From: Candidatus Firestoneibacteriota bacterium
Lineage (GTDB): Bacteria; Oederibacteriota; Muellerivitia; Muellerivitales; Muellerivitaceae
Assembly: GCA_013286205.1 (NCBI GenBank)
Contig: JABDGD010000003.1
Coordinates: 16,558 to 80,557, forward strand
Reading direction: 5' to 3'
DNA: 64,000 nt
Part shown: positions 38,854 through 48,336 of the stretch, piece after piece
Numbering within the stretch: position 1 is the stretch's first letter
How the letters are laid out: the number at the start of each line of letters is the position of its first letter
Translations under genes and position numbers: made by a program
The notes under the pieces: model-generated
Database searches by the model: none
The model's input: only the letters and a program-made list of their open reading frames with translations
Told to the model about the DNA's origin: nothing

Positions 38854-40182
38854 GTGATGAAGCGGGCTCAACTGATACTGCTGTTTGTATTTCTTTATGT
38901 CTTCAGGGTTCTTTTTGGGCTCTCCCACCAGTTTTTTGGTTCGGGCGAGGTGGAACGGGACGCCCTGCAAACTTACCTGATTGGTTTAAAGTTTTACACC
39001 ACCGGGTTATGGCCTTTCTTCGGGCCGGACCAATATCTTCTCAATACGGGCTATCACGCGCAGGTACCCGGGGCTTTAGAAGGTTTAGCCGCGGGACTGC
39101 CTTTTTATCTATTGCCGATTCCTGAAGCGCCTTTTTTATTTTTAAACCTGTTGTCTCTCTCAGTTCTGGCCTTGCTGGCTTTTTATATTTGCCGGCGTCT
39201 GCCGAATCTTTCGTTTCCTTTTGTGCTGGTCTGGATTTCGCTTTTGCCCTGGACGCTCAATTTTTCCACCCATGTGTTTAACCCTTCTTATGTCTTGTTC
39301 GGCAGTGTTTTGTTTTTTGTGGGGTTCTTTGAGGCCCTGCCGACGTTCACCACGGGATGGTTTTCGCCGGTGCTGGCTTTTGCCCTGATGGGTTTCGGCA
39401 TGGGATGGGATATGCAGTTTCATTTGTCCTGGGTGCTTTTGACCCCCGTGGCGCTTTTGGCTTTTATGTGGCGGATCAAAGAAAAACAGGCGGGTTGGAA
39501 AGAATTGGCGGGAGGGATAGGCGGGTGGATTTTACCTTTTCTGTTTTTGCTGCCGACCCTTTTGAACTATGGTTTTGGCCAGGGGAAGGCGGGCATCGCG
39601 CATGCCGGTGAATTCTTGAACTTCAAGAATGTCAGTGAATTTTGGAATGTGCTGGGCCGTTACTTTTCGTTTCCCTGTTTTGAGATACCCCGCTTTATCG
39701 GTTCGGGAACAGGGGAGAGACTTCAGTTCTTTAAAGACGCGCCCTGGTTATGGGCGCCGGGAGTTTTCCTGATCCTGTTAGGCTGGCTGCAGCCATTGGT
39801 GCTGCTGTTCGCGGGTTGGGTTAAAGAACCGCCGAAGGGAACCCGCTTCATGGCGGCCCTGACCCTGGCGGGCTTTGTGTGGGTTTGGGTTTGCTTTTGG
39901 TTTACTTCCAACGGACCGGCGGCCCACATGTATTACCTGTTCTTCCCGCTGGTGACGGTTTATTTCTTTTATCTCTGGAATTGGTTTTCGTCAGTGAGTT
40001 GGTGGAACTATTTTGCGGCGGTTTGTGTGGCGGTGAGCCTATGGTTTCAAACGGGTTTTATGATTCACCAGTATCGCAACGGCAACAGCCTGGAATCGGA
40101 CCGCGGCAAAGTGGTTCAGGCGATTGAGAAGAAAGATTACCGCCTTTTATCTGAAAGACGCCCCTGGCCGGTTTTCTACTAA
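38854..40182 (+). CDS. Polytopic membrane protein, putative GT-C-fold glycosyltransferase (ArnT/PMT-like)
   Basis: About 12 predicted TM helices. The N-terminal loop 'GSGEVERDALQTYLIG' resembles the ArnT/PMT acidic-loop motif. It is embedded in the GT9 cluster. Confidence 0.4.
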   Translation: MMKRAQLILLFVFLYVFRVLFGLSHQFFGSGEVERDALQTYLIGLKFYTTGLWPFFGPDQYLLNTGYHAQVPGALEGLAAGLPFYLLPIPEAPFLFLNLLSLSVLALLAFYICRRLPNLSFPFVLVWISLLPWTLNFSTHVFNPSYVLFGSVLFFVGFFEALPTFTTGWFSPVLAFALMGFGMGWDMQFHLSWVLLTPVALLAFMWRIKEKQAGWKELAGGIGGWILPFLFLLPTLLNYGFGQGKAGIAHAGEFLNFKNVSEFWNVLGRYFSFPCFEIPRFIGSGTGERLQFFKDAPWLWAPGVFLILLGWLQPLVLLFAGWVKEPPKGTRFMAALTLAGFVWVWVCFWFTSNGPAAHMYYLFFPLVTVYFFYLWNWFSSVSWWNYFAAVCVAVSLWFQTGFMIHQYRNGNSLESDRGKVVQAIEKKDYRLLSERRPWPVFY

Positions 40183-40283
40183 AACCCTTCTTTTGACCCC
40201 ATTCGGGGCGATGACAATCTTTAAATATCCCCTGAAATCTGCCTATAATAGCCCCTCTTTTATTCCCTCTTGAGGAGTCTCCC

Positions 40284-41210
40284 GTGTTCGGCAAAGGCAA
40301 AATTTGGTTCGATGGCAAAATGGTGGATTGGAAAAAAGCCAATATTCATGTCATGTCGCACGTGGTTCATTACGGCTCGAGCATTTTTGAGGGCGTCCGC
40401 TGCTACGAAACCAAACAGGGTTCGGCGATTTTCCGCCTGGAAGAACACGTTGACCGTTTATACGATTCGGGCAAAGTTTACCGCATGGAAATTCCCTATA
40501 CCAAAAAGCAATTGATGGACGCGATTGTCAAAGTGGTGCGGGTGAATAAACTCAAGAGCTGCTATATCCGCCCGGTGGTTTTTCGCGGTTACGGCACGAT
40601 GGGTGTGAATCCTCTGCCGAATCCACTGCATTGCGTGGTGGCGGCCTGGAGCTGGGGTTCTTATTTGGGTAAAGCGGCTTTGGAAAAGGGCATCTCGGTG
40701 CGCATCGCTTCCTGGAACCGCCAGGCCCCGAATACCTTCCCGTCGCTGGCGAAGGCGGGCGGCAACTATTTGAATTCCCAATTGATCAAGATGGAAGCCC
40801 TGCAGGATGGTTTTGACGAGGGTATCGCTTTGGACAGCTTCGGTTTTGTGTCTGAAGGTTCGGGTGAGAATATTTTCATTGTGAAGAATGGCGTGATCTT
40901 TACGCCTCCGACCAGCTCGGCCATTTTGGCCGGTATTACCCGCCACTCGATGTTTGTGATTGCCCGCGAACTGGGGATGGAAATCCGCCAGCAAGTTCTG
41001 CCGCGTGAAAGCCTCTATATCGCTGACGAAGTGTTCTTGACCGGAACCGCCGCTGAACTGACGCCGGTGGCCAAAATCGACAATATCAAGATTGGCGATG
41101 GCAAACGCGGTCCCGTGACCGAGAAACTGCAAAAAGCCTATTTTGACATTTTGACCGGTGAAACCCCCGACCGCTTTGATTGGCTGACTCCGGTTTTCAC
41201 TAAAAAATAA
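40284..41210 (+). CDS. ilvE: Branched-chain amino acid aminotransferase
   Basis: Near-collinear with E. coli IlvE. Matches include '[35 protein letters not shown]', '[23 protein letters not shown]', '[19 protein letters not shown]' and '[11 protein letters not shown]'. GTG start with an AGGAG SD. Confidence 0.9.
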   Translation: MFGKGKIWFDGKMVDWKKANIHVMSHVVHYGSSIFEGVRCYETKQGSAIFRLEEHVDRLYDSGKVYRMEIPYTKKQLMDAIVKVVRVNKLKSCYIRPVVFRGYGTMGVNPLPNPLHCVVAAWSWGSYLGKAALEKGISVRIASWNRQAPNTFPSLAKAGGNYLNSQLIKMEALQDGFDEGIALDSFGFVSEGSGENIFIVKNGVIFTPPTSSAILAGITRHSMFVIARELGMEIRQQVLPRESLYIADEVFLTGTAAELTPVAKIDNIKIGDGKRGPVTEKLQKAYFDILTGETPDRFDWLTPVFTKK

Positions 41211-42271
41211 TGTCTCTTAAAGCCGTTAAACCCGAAATACCCCGGCGGATTTTGTTCATTCGTTTTAAGGGGATTGGCGATGTCATTCTTTCGACGCCGC
41301 TGTTTCGGGCACTGAAGAATAAATATCCCTCTGCTCAAATTGATTTAGTCACCCGCGCGATGTGCGAACCCATTGTGCGGCACAATCCTTATCTCAACCG
41401 TGTGATGATTTATCCTGACAAAACTGAAGGCACAGGCGCGCTGATTCGTTTTATTTCACGTCTGCGCCATGAAAAATATGACTGGGTCATCGACCTGGCT
41501 GCGGAGCCGCGGTCGGCCTGGCTGACCTTCTTTACCGGCGCGCCTTTAAGGGCGGGTTATGCTTTTCGTTTCCGCCAATGGGCTTTCAACCAACGAATTC
41601 CTAAAAACAAAGTGCGCAAATATCAGGCGGAAGTGAACCTCGATATTATTCGGGCGCTGGGTGTGCCCGATCAGGGCAATCAAACCGAAATCTATCTCGA
41701 TCAGGAAGACAAAGACTGGGCTGGGGAGCTTTTCCGTCAAAATGAACTCAATGGCATGCAGTACCGCATTGGCTTAAACCCTACGGGAACCTGGTCGTCT
41801 AAGCGCTGGCCTGCTGCCCATTGGAGGGCGCTGATAGAGCTGATTCACCAGCAATTAGGTGTTAAACCCATTCTTTTAGGCGCTCCCGGCGACAGCGGGC
41901 TAATCGCGGAGATTCGAAGCGGGTTAGAGGATAAGACTTTGGTCATGCCCGAAACGACCCTGTCTCAGGCGGCGGCCTATGTGTCGCATTTGGATTTGTT
42001 GATTGGAAACGACGGAACCCCCCAGCATTTTGCCCAGGCCTTTGGCACCAAGAGCCTCACCCTTTGCGGCCCCCACTGGGGCATGAGCTGGGTGAAACCG
42101 GGAGATTTGAGGCACCGGTTCTTGCAGCACTTTTTAGATTGCGGGCCCTGTGATCTGAATGTTTGCCCCCACCCGAAAGTGGCGGTGCCGGGTGGTCATG
42201 TGCATCAGGAATGTTTATTGAAGATTACGCCGGCTACGGTTTTGGGCGTTGCCAAAGAAATGCTGTCATAG
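41210..42271 (+). CDS. Glycosyltransferase family 9 heptosyltransferase paralog (4th)
   Basis: 'ILFIRFKGIGDVILSTPLFRALKNKYPSAQIDLV', 'GTWSSKRWP' and 'LIGNDGTPQHFAQAFGTKSLTLCGP'. Its ATG overlaps the ilvE stop (TAATG). Confidence 0.75.
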   Translation: MSLKAVKPEIPRRILFIRFKGIGDVILSTPLFRALKNKYPSAQIDLVTRAMCEPIVRHNPYLNRVMIYPDKTEGTGALIRFISRLRHEKYDWVIDLAAEPRSAWLTFFTGAPLRAGYAFRFRQWAFNQRIPKNKVRKYQAEVNLDIIRALGVPDQGNQTEIYLDQEDKDWAGELFRQNELNGMQYRIGLNPTGTWSSKRWPAAHWRALIELIHQQLGVKPILLGAPGDSGLIAEIRSGLEDKTLVMPETTLSQAAAYVSHLDLLIGNDGTPQHFAQAFGTKSLTLCGPHWGMSWVKPGDLRHRFLQHFLDCGPCDLNVCPHPKVAVPGGHVHQECLLKITPATVLGVAKEMLS

Positions 42272-44273
42272 CCGCTAGCAGTCCCGACAAAGTCATCAAG
42301 CTCATAAATAATCCCAAACGAAAACTGCTCGGCTCATAGCGCAGATCAGCGCTTTGCGTTCCTTGTGGTATGGGCACGCATTGAAAAATCCAGTCGGCTA
42401 AATACATATTCGTGGGTTTGCCGTCGACCCAGGCTTTCCAACCCGGCATGGCGTTTTGCGTGACCACCAGATAACCCGAGGCATTGGCAGGAACGTCGTA
42501 ATGGTTGTCGGGGTCATTGGGTGGTACGGCGTGCTGGGGCGCGTCCGTGAAAATTTCCCGTTCCATATAGAGCTTGTCCTGAGGATTGCTTTGACCCGAG
42601 GCGAAAGAACTAAAAACGTCTTTACGGTTCGCTGTGCTGACATCTCCCTTGTAAATAAAAGCCCGGCCCAAGGAATTGGGATTCCTCCAAAGTGTCCAGC
42701 CGTACAACGTACCCATGTTCACGAAGGGCGCTGGCATGGAGCTTTGGTTTAAGTAAAGCAGGTCGACTCCGAGTAAATCCAGCAGAGTGCCGTTGGTGTA
42801 AGGGAAAGCATATTTGAAATAAAGCTCGGCGTTCATAGACCCCCAGGAGGGGCAGGTAGAACCGTAAAAATTCGCCAGGGGAATATTGGCGAAAAGATTC
42901 GTGTTGGGCGCGAAGTACTTGAAATGGGCGTTTAGTTCGGGGTCGGGCATGGGCGTGTAAATATCGCCGCTGTTCTTTTGATCGATCAAGACCAACGCCC
43001 GGCCTGAACCCAGTTGGTCTTTTACTTTTTGGGCGGTTTGTTCCAGCGCGGAATTGGGAGGAATGAGATTTTTCTCCACCGGGTGCATCCAGATGGGAAT
43101 GATCAAATTTAAAACCGCGGCGGCCAGCAGGCCCCACTTCCAAGTGTCGGCTTTGGCGAAAAGGGATTCCCATAAAAGACCGATCAAGACCAGTTCGATA
43201 AAGTTCACCAGCACCCAGGCTTTGGCGGGTTCTAAAAAGACCGAGTGAGGCAGGTGGAGAAGTTGAAGCAGGTAAGAAAAGAAACCAAAAGTCCAAAGCA
43301 GGGAGAGGGCCAGGCTGAAAAACCAAAAGGCTGTGCCGGGCTTCCATTTTTTAAAGCCCAAGAGGCCGGTTAGAAGGATGCCGATGGGGATGAGCCCGCT
43401 GTAGAAATTGAAGTAAAAATAGGTGGGAGAGACCACATAGTCGGGCAGGCCCTTTTGGGCCAGGGCATTGGAAGTAATGAAGGTCAGCAGGTTATTGAGA
43501 GGCAGGACGAAATCGGGATTGTTGGCGATCGCGGGCAGGCGGACGGCCTGAAAGAAGAAGTATTCCAGCGAGGGAAGCCACTGGCCAATGGTGAGAAACG
43601 TTACGGCAGCGAGGGGAAGAATGAGGCGTGTGACTGAGCGGTAGACGAAGAAGGCGTAGGCCCCGAGGGCCAACAGGGTATAGAAGATGATCTGGGGATA
43701 GCCCGCGAAGATCTGAAGCGTCAGCGCGAGACCCAGTTTCCATTGACCCCAGCGTTTGTTTTCCAAAGTTTCTTGCGCACCGAGGAAAACCCAGGGCAGC
43801 CAGGCCATCGTATCCATAGAGGAGTTGCTGCCGAGATGATTGACCGCACAGCCATTGAGCAGGGCCAGGCTGGCACTGAAAAAAGCGCCGAAGGGCTTTA
43901 CTCCCTGGTTTCTAACGAAGAGATAAATGCCCAGCGAGAAGATCAGCAGATGCAGGACTCCTGAATAGTTCCAGAAGCTGAGGCCCAGCCAATTAAAGAG
44001 CAAGGTGACGGGATAAAAGGTTTCGGTCTGCCAGGTGGCCAGCCAGGGAATACCGAAAGCCGACAGGGGATTCCAAAGCGGAATATGGCCATCGCGCAGG
44101 GCATGAAGAACGGACCAGCGGATCGAAAGATTCCAGGTGTCGTTTTCAGGACAGGCGAGATGCAGGCTGGGGAATGTTAAAAGACGGCCATAGGCGATGG
44201 CGGTAATCAGCAGCAAACCCCAAAGGTGGGGATGGTCGGGAAGCTGGATTGACGCTAAACGGCTTTTCTTCAT
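42234..44273 (-). CDS. Large polytopic membrane protein, YfhO-like / GT-C-type putative glycosyltransferase
   Basis: 679 aa. The N-terminal roughly 400 aa has many TM helices ('HIPLWNPLSAFGIPWLA' type loop). A C-terminal soluble domain. Convergent with the GT9 operon. Confidence 0.4.
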   Translation of the reverse strand: MKKSRLASIQLPDHPHLWGLLLITAIAYGRLLTFPSLHLACPENDTWNLSIRWSVLHALRDGHIPLWNPLSAFGIPWLATWQTETFYPVTLLFNWLGLSFWNYSGVLHLLIFSLGIYLFVRNQGVKPFGAFFSASLALLNGCAVNHLGSNSSMDTMAWLPWVFLGAQETLENKRWGQWKLGLALTLQIFAGYPQIIFYTLLALGAYAFFVYRSVTRLILPLAAVTFLTIGQWLPSLEYFFFQAVRLPAIANNPDFVLPLNNLLTFITSNALAQKGLPDYVVSPTYFYFNFYSGLIPIGILLTGLLGFKKWKPGTAFWFFSLALSLLWTFGFFSYLLQLLHLPHSVFLEPAKAWVLVNFIELVLIGLLWESLFAKADTWKWGLLAAAVLNLIIPIWMHPVEKNLIPPNSALEQTAQKVKDQLGSGRALVLIDQKNSGDIYTPMPDPELNAHFKYFAPNTNLFANIPLANFYGSTCPSWGSMNAELYFKYAFPYTNGTLLDLLGVDLLYLNQSSMPAPFVNMGTLYGWTLWRNPNSLGRAFIYKGDVSTANRKDVFSSFASGQSNPQDKLYMEREIFTDAPQHAVPPNDPDNHYDVPANASGYLVVTQNAMPGWKAWVDGKPTNMYLADWIFQCVPIPQGTQSADLRYEPSSFRLGLFMSLMTLSGLLAAMTAFLWQRPKP

Positions 44274-44322
44274 GGGCGTCCTTTAGTGAAAAGCACTGAC
44301 CAAAAAGGTAATCCCCAACCTA

Positions 44323-45339
44323 TTAAGCGTTGAATTCGCCGCCGGCGATTTCAGGAACCAAACCCATGTCTTTAATCATTTGATGATCGGCGTCCTGGCC
44401 CTGGCCCTTGGTCGTCAAATAACCATTGGTGAAAATGGAATTGGCGGCGTAAAGCACGAGAGGCTGAAGGGCGCGGAAAGTCACTTCGCGGCCGCCTGCG
44501 GCGCGCACGTCCACATCGGGATGCACGAAACGGAAAAGGCTCAAAACGCGTAAGGCGAAATAGGGCTCGACCTTCGGCAAATGAGCGAAAGGAGTTCCCG
44601 GACGGGGATCTAAAAAGTTTACCGGTACCGAGGTGGCGCCCACTTCGCGCAGGGCGTAGCAAAGCTGAATGATGTCATCCAAGTCTTCGCCCATGCCCAC
44701 GATGCCGCCAGAGCAAACTTCCATGCCGGCTTCTTTGGCGTATTTGGTGGTTTGAACACGGTCAGCGTATTTATGAGTAGAAACCACGTCCGCATAACGG
44801 CGTTCAGACGTCTCTAAGTTGTGGTTAAAGCGGTCGACGCCGGCTTCGGCCAAACGCTTGGCTTTTTCGGCGGTCAAAATTCCAAGAGAGGTGCAAACCT
44901 TCACGCCGACTTCGGCTTTGATACGGCGGGTGGCTTCACAGACCACATCCAGGTCGCGGTTGCTGGGCCCGCGGGTGGCGGTGACCATGCAATATTTCCA
45001 GGCGCCGGCGGCTTTGGCTTTACGGGCGCCTTCCACAAGAGCTTCCACTTCCATCATGGGATATTCGGGAGCCGGGGTCGTGTATTTGGAAGATTGAGAG
45101 CAGAAGCCGCAGTCTTCCGGGCAGGCGCCGGACTTGGCGTTTTGAAGCACGTGGATGCGAACCTTGTTGCCGTGAAAGTGACGGCGAACCTTGTAGGCGG
45201 CATGGATGATCGAGAGGGTTTCTTCCGCCGAGGCGGTCAAGACGGCCTTGGCTTCTTCCTTTGTGGGAGCGATCTTTTGGAGGGCCTTTTCAGCCAGGCT
45301 GTCCCATAACTGTGTGGTTTGCGATTGAGCTAAAATCAT
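44323..45339 (-). CDS. bioB: Biotin synthase (radical SAM)
   Basis: '[17 protein letters not shown]' (CxxxCxxC radical-SAM plus the BioB-specific context), '[14 protein letters not shown]', 'YNHNLETS' and '[11 protein letters not shown]' all match E. coli BioB blocks. Confidence 0.9.
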   Translation of the reverse strand: MILAQSQTTQLWDSLAEKALQKIAPTKEEAKAVLTASAEETLSIIHAAYKVRRHFHGNKVRIHVLQNAKSGACPEDCGFCSQSSKYTTPAPEYPMMEVEALVEGARKAKAAGAWKYCMVTATRGPSNRDLDVVCEATRRIKAEVGVKVCTSLGILTAEKAKRLAEAGVDRFNHNLETSERRYADVVSTHKYADRVQTTKYAKEAGMEVCSGGIVGMGEDLDDIIQLCYALREVGATSVPVNFLDPRPGTPFAHLPKVEPYFALRVLSLFRFVHPDVDVRAAGGREVTFRALQPLVLYAANSIFTNGYLTTKGQGQDADHQMIKDMGLVPEIAGGEFNA

Positions 45340-45413
45340 TGGTTCGTCCTTTTACCGAAGGGAATCAGAAGGCCCTGAGTATAACACCGGCCTTTCAGAT
45401 TACAAATTGGTTA

Positions 45414-45447
45414 CCAGGGTGCTGAAAAATGTTTTTCAGCACCCTGG
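45414..45447. promoter_or_regulatory. Perfect 16-bp-arm inverted repeat, candidate operator about 75 bp upstream of bioB
   Basis: ccagggtgctgaaaaa-tg-tttttcagcaccctgg. Perfect dyad symmetry. No T-run follows on either strand, so a protein-binding site is more likely than a terminator. Confidence 0.45.
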
Positions 45448-45485
45448 CGACAGCCATGGGTTAGACCAAACCACTGAAAATATGG

Positions 45486-45540
45486 TTTTTCCTATTGTGG
45501 TTTGGCCGTAAATAGGAAAAAGTCCCTCAGGGACTTTTTT
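45486..45540. terminator. Tandem hairpins + T6 (bidirectional terminator-like structure) in the bioB / membrane-protein divergent intergenic region
   Basis: tttttcctatt-(14 nt)-aataggaaaaa is an 11-bp stem. It is immediately followed by gtccctcagggac and TTTTTT. The element is palindromic, so both strands see a hairpin plus U-run. Confidence 0.5.
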
Positions 45541-45613
45541 AACATCCTGTTAAAAAAAGCCCTATGGAGCTTTGATTTCTTTTATTCTGGGGAAGTATTA
45601 ACCCGAGGGATTT

Positions 45614-46213
45614 ATGGACAAACCTAAAAAGAAAAAGAAAACGCCGAAGCTCATCCAGTTTTTGATGGGTTACAGCCTGGGATTTATTTCCTGGTTGGTC
45701 GGCTTGCATTGCCTGGTGGTCGATCAAACAGGCAGTGTTTCGATTTCTGTTAAAAGATTTCGCAGACATTTGTTTAAGGTGTTTTTGTGGACTCTGGAGA
45801 TCGGCCTGCTGATTAATCTGATGGGTCTTTACCGCGGCTGGATCATGGGCGCTTCAACCTATGAGATTGAATTAGCTTTTTTAGTGAAGTCGATCATCTT
45901 TCTCTATATCAAGGTATTTTGGCCCCGGGTTTTTCCGGAAATTTTGCCGGGTATGCATGTATTCTTCTGCCCCCAATGCTATCAAAAGCAAACCTTCAAA
46001 TTTTTGCCCGTGTCGTTTCAGTTTGGTTTTTTCGTGACTTATCTTTGCAACTATTGTTCCTGCCTGGTCAATGGCTGGGGCGAACAGATCTTTTATCCCG
46101 TGACGGTCTCGGCGGGGAAAATTAAATCCAATTTGATGAAGACGGTTCCGGCTGTGCTAGTAGCTATGGCACTGGGCGTCGCGGCTTTTCAATATGTTTG
46201 GGGCCTGTTTTAA
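45614..46213 (+). CDS. Hypothetical integral membrane protein with Cys-rich segment
   Basis: 199 aa with several hydrophobic helices and 'CPQCYQKQ...CNYCSC'. No recognised domain. Confidence 0.45.
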   Translation: MDKPKKKKKTPKLIQFLMGYSLGFISWLVGLHCLVVDQTGSVSISVKRFRRHLFKVFLWTLEIGLLINLMGLYRGWIMGASTYEIELAFLVKSIIFLYIKVFWPRVFPEILPGMHVFFCPQCYQKQTFKFLPVSFQFGFFVTYLCNYCSCLVNGWGEQIFYPVTVSAGKIKSNLMKTVPAVLVAMALGVAAFQYVWGLF

Positions 46214-46220
46214 ACTTCTG

Positions 46221-47024
46221 TTATTTTCCGCTGATCGGATAAACCCAATTCACGCCCTGGCACTGAAGGGTCTGGGGATCCTGAATCCATACCGCTACTC
46301 CCGTGTGGGATAACTTCCAATCGTGATCGATGGGGATAGACCCCGTAAAAGGCTGGTCCGCTTTTAAAGTGCTTTCGAGAGCGCTGGCGTAATAGCGCAC
46401 GACAAAACCTTCATTTAATAAAGAACCCGAGTTTTCTCCCCGCTGTATCTGGGTCGAAAGACCGTTCTCGAAAACTACCACATTTAAAACAGGGTCGTGA
46501 ATTACGTTGATTTTTTCGTCTTGGGGCATATTGGCGCTGAAAGAAATCGTTTTAGAACCGGCTTTTACCCGCAGAGGAATCGAAGCGGGCGCTTTGAGTG
46601 AAGAGGCCTGGGCAAAAGCGGTCTTGGCCTGCCAGGCATCGGAGCCATTAAAACCCAATTGGCCGTTCACGACCATTTCGGGTGTGAAAGTCGATTCGGC
46701 GTTATAGAAAAGGCTGTGCCGTCTTTGCCGTTCGGAAGCGAAAGCGGCTGAGAAAGCGTCTTTCCAACCCAGGTTGTCCCAATAATCCACATGAAAAGCC
46801 AGGGGCAGGGCTTTGTGGGCTTTGAATAAATCCATGCCCCAGCTATTCAGCAGGGCTTCGGCGGGCGGACAGCTTGAACAGCCCTGAGACGTATAAAGTT
46901 CAATTAAAACAGGTGCGGCAGACGTAGGCTCGGCGGTATTTGGAGCGTCAGCGTTCTGAGCGCTGACGTAACCAGTCAGCATGAAGATGACGGTGAAAAT
47001 GAAGCGGTGAATGTTTGGATTCAT
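46221..47024 (-). CDS. Secreted DUF1223-family (thioredoxin-like) protein
   Basis: Signal peptide from the internal Met (MNPNIHRFIFTVIFMLTGYVSAQ). 'LYTSQGCSSCPPAE' matches the DUF1223 conserved CSSCPPA motif. The ORF-track start at 47192 is probably too long. Confidence 0.6.
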   Translation of the reverse strand: MNPNIHRFIFTVIFMLTGYVSAQNADAPNTAEPTSAAPVLIELYTSQGCSSCPPAEALLNSWGMDLFKAHKALPLAFHVDYWDNLGWKDAFSAAFASERQRRHSLFYNAESTFTPEMVVNGQLGFNGSDAWQAKTAFAQASSLKAPASIPLRVKAGSKTISFSANMPQDEKINVIHDPVLNVVVFENGLSTQIQRGENSGSLLNEGFVVRYYASALESTLKADQPFTGSIPIDHDWKLSHTGVAVWIQDPQTLQCQGVNWVYPISGK

Positions 47025-47109
47025 GGTTTCCCTCGATGAGTTTAAATACGTTGGGAAATGGATAAAGGTTTCAAACCAGGCGTTTGAAAAAGCGCTTTTT
47101 AAATACTTG

Positions 47110-48249
47110 TTAAGATTTTTCGGGGAAGTCTTTGAGCAGCTGGGCAACCACGCCGCTGAAGCGGTCGGGGATTTGGGGCACTCGGGGATCATCCATATTA
47201 ATAGGTTTGTCGAAGAGAGTATAAGCCTTGGTGATGCCTACTTCTTTAAGCCAGATGATGTTGGGGTCCATGGCTCCGACAACGGCCACGCAGGGAATAC
47301 CTAACTTTTTAGCCATGAGCGCCACGGAGACCGGAGCTTTACCTTCCAGGCTCGAAGCGTCCAACATACCTTCGCCCGTAATGACCAGGTCACAGCCTTT
47401 CATTTGGCTTTCCAGTTTCAAAATGTCGCTGACAAAATCAAAGCCGCTTTCCAGTTTGCCGCCCAGAGCCAGAATAGCCATACCCATGCCGCCCGCGGCA
47501 CCGGCGCCTCTTTGGCTTTTAAGAATGGTGCCGGAGGCTTTGGAGAGAACGCTCTCAAAGTGAGACATGCCCTTTTCGAGGTCGGTCACCATTTCGGGCG
47601 AGGCCCCTTTTTGAGGACCGAAGAAGCGGGCCGAACCATATTCGCCAAGCAGCTGAACCCGCACATCCACCAATCCGGTGAGGTGAAGGTCTTTAAGGTT
47701 CTTGTGGATGAACTCCAAATTGATCTTGTTGATTAAAGGTAAATGTTTTCCACCTAAACCTTTGGGAAGAGTTTGGTCGGCGATGAGTTGGGCACCCAAG
47801 GCCTGCAGGAATCCCAGACCGCCGTCGATGGTGGCGCTGCCGCCGAGGGCGATGCGGATGTGGCGCGCGCCCCGGCGGTAGGCTTCCAAAACCAATTCGC
47901 CGGTGCCATAGCTGGTGGTGACCATCGGATTTCTTTCCGCGTGGGTTAATTTGGAAAGACCAGAGGCTTGTGCCATTTCAATTACCGCCGCGTCTGGTTC
48001 AGGAAGGGTGGCCAAGCCATAAGTTGTATCGTGTGAGCGCATGAGCGGGTCATGAGCGGTGGCGGATAAGGTTTTACCCTTAAGGATGTGAATGACGGTA
48101 TTGAGAGTGCCTTCGCCGCCGTCGGCGACGGGGCATAAACGCACAAAAGTGCTGGGGCTTTGCTTGAGGATAAGTTTCTGCAGGGTCTCAGCTACCCCTT
48201 GGGCGGTTGAAATCCCTTTAAATTTGTCAGGAGCGATTAGTATTTTCAT
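47110..48249 (-). CDS. Glycerate kinase
   Basis: 'MKILIAPDKFKGISTAQGVAE' N-terminus and glycerate-kinase family blocks ('RIALGGSATIDGGLGFLQALGAQL', 'LVITGEGMLDASSLEGKAPV'). Confidence 0.85.
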   Translation of the reverse strand: MKILIAPDKFKGISTAQGVAETLQKLILKQSPSTFVRLCPVADGGEGTLNTVIHILKGKTLSATAHDPLMRSHDTTYGLATLPEPDAAVIEMAQASGLSKLTHAERNPMVTTSYGTGELVLEAYRRGARHIRIALGGSATIDGGLGFLQALGAQLIADQTLPKGLGGKHLPLINKINLEFIHKNLKDLHLTGLVDVRVQLLGEYGSARFFGPQKGASPEMVTDLEKGMSHFESVLSKASGTILKSQRGAGAAGGMGMAILALGGKLESGFDFVSDILKLESQMKGCDLVITGEGMLDASSLEGKAPVSVALMAKKLGIPCVAVVGAMDPNIIWLKEVGITKAYTLFDKPINMDDPRVPQIPDRFSGVVAQLLKDFPEKS

Positions 48250-48336
48250 AGTTTTGTGGGTTATTAGTCGGTTTAATTTTTCAAGATTCAGTATTAAACT
48301 AGCCGCCGGTTCTGGAACCTATTTTAAGGGGGAAAA

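Noticed and set aside
40458-41132. 224-aa ORF antisense to ilvE
   Set aside because: ilvE is near-collinear with E. coli IlvE. The antisense frame is Arg/Gly-rich noise.
40284-41210. Idea that the class IV aminotransferase is a sugar aminotransferase for the glycan cluster
   Set aside because: The sequence aligns block-for-block with E. coli IlvE at roughly 55% identity by eye. Sugar aminotransferases are fold-type I (DegT/ArnB), not class IV.
42622-43347. 241-aa ORF inside and antisense to or overlapping the YfhO-like gene
   Set aside because: It is an Arg/Pro-rich low-complexity translation. The 679-aa membrane protein frame is much better supported.
44821-45309. 162-aa + strand ORF antisense to bioB
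   Set aside because: bioB blocks are unambiguous on the minus strand. The + frame is Gly/Ala-rich, typical of antisense to a GC-rich gene.
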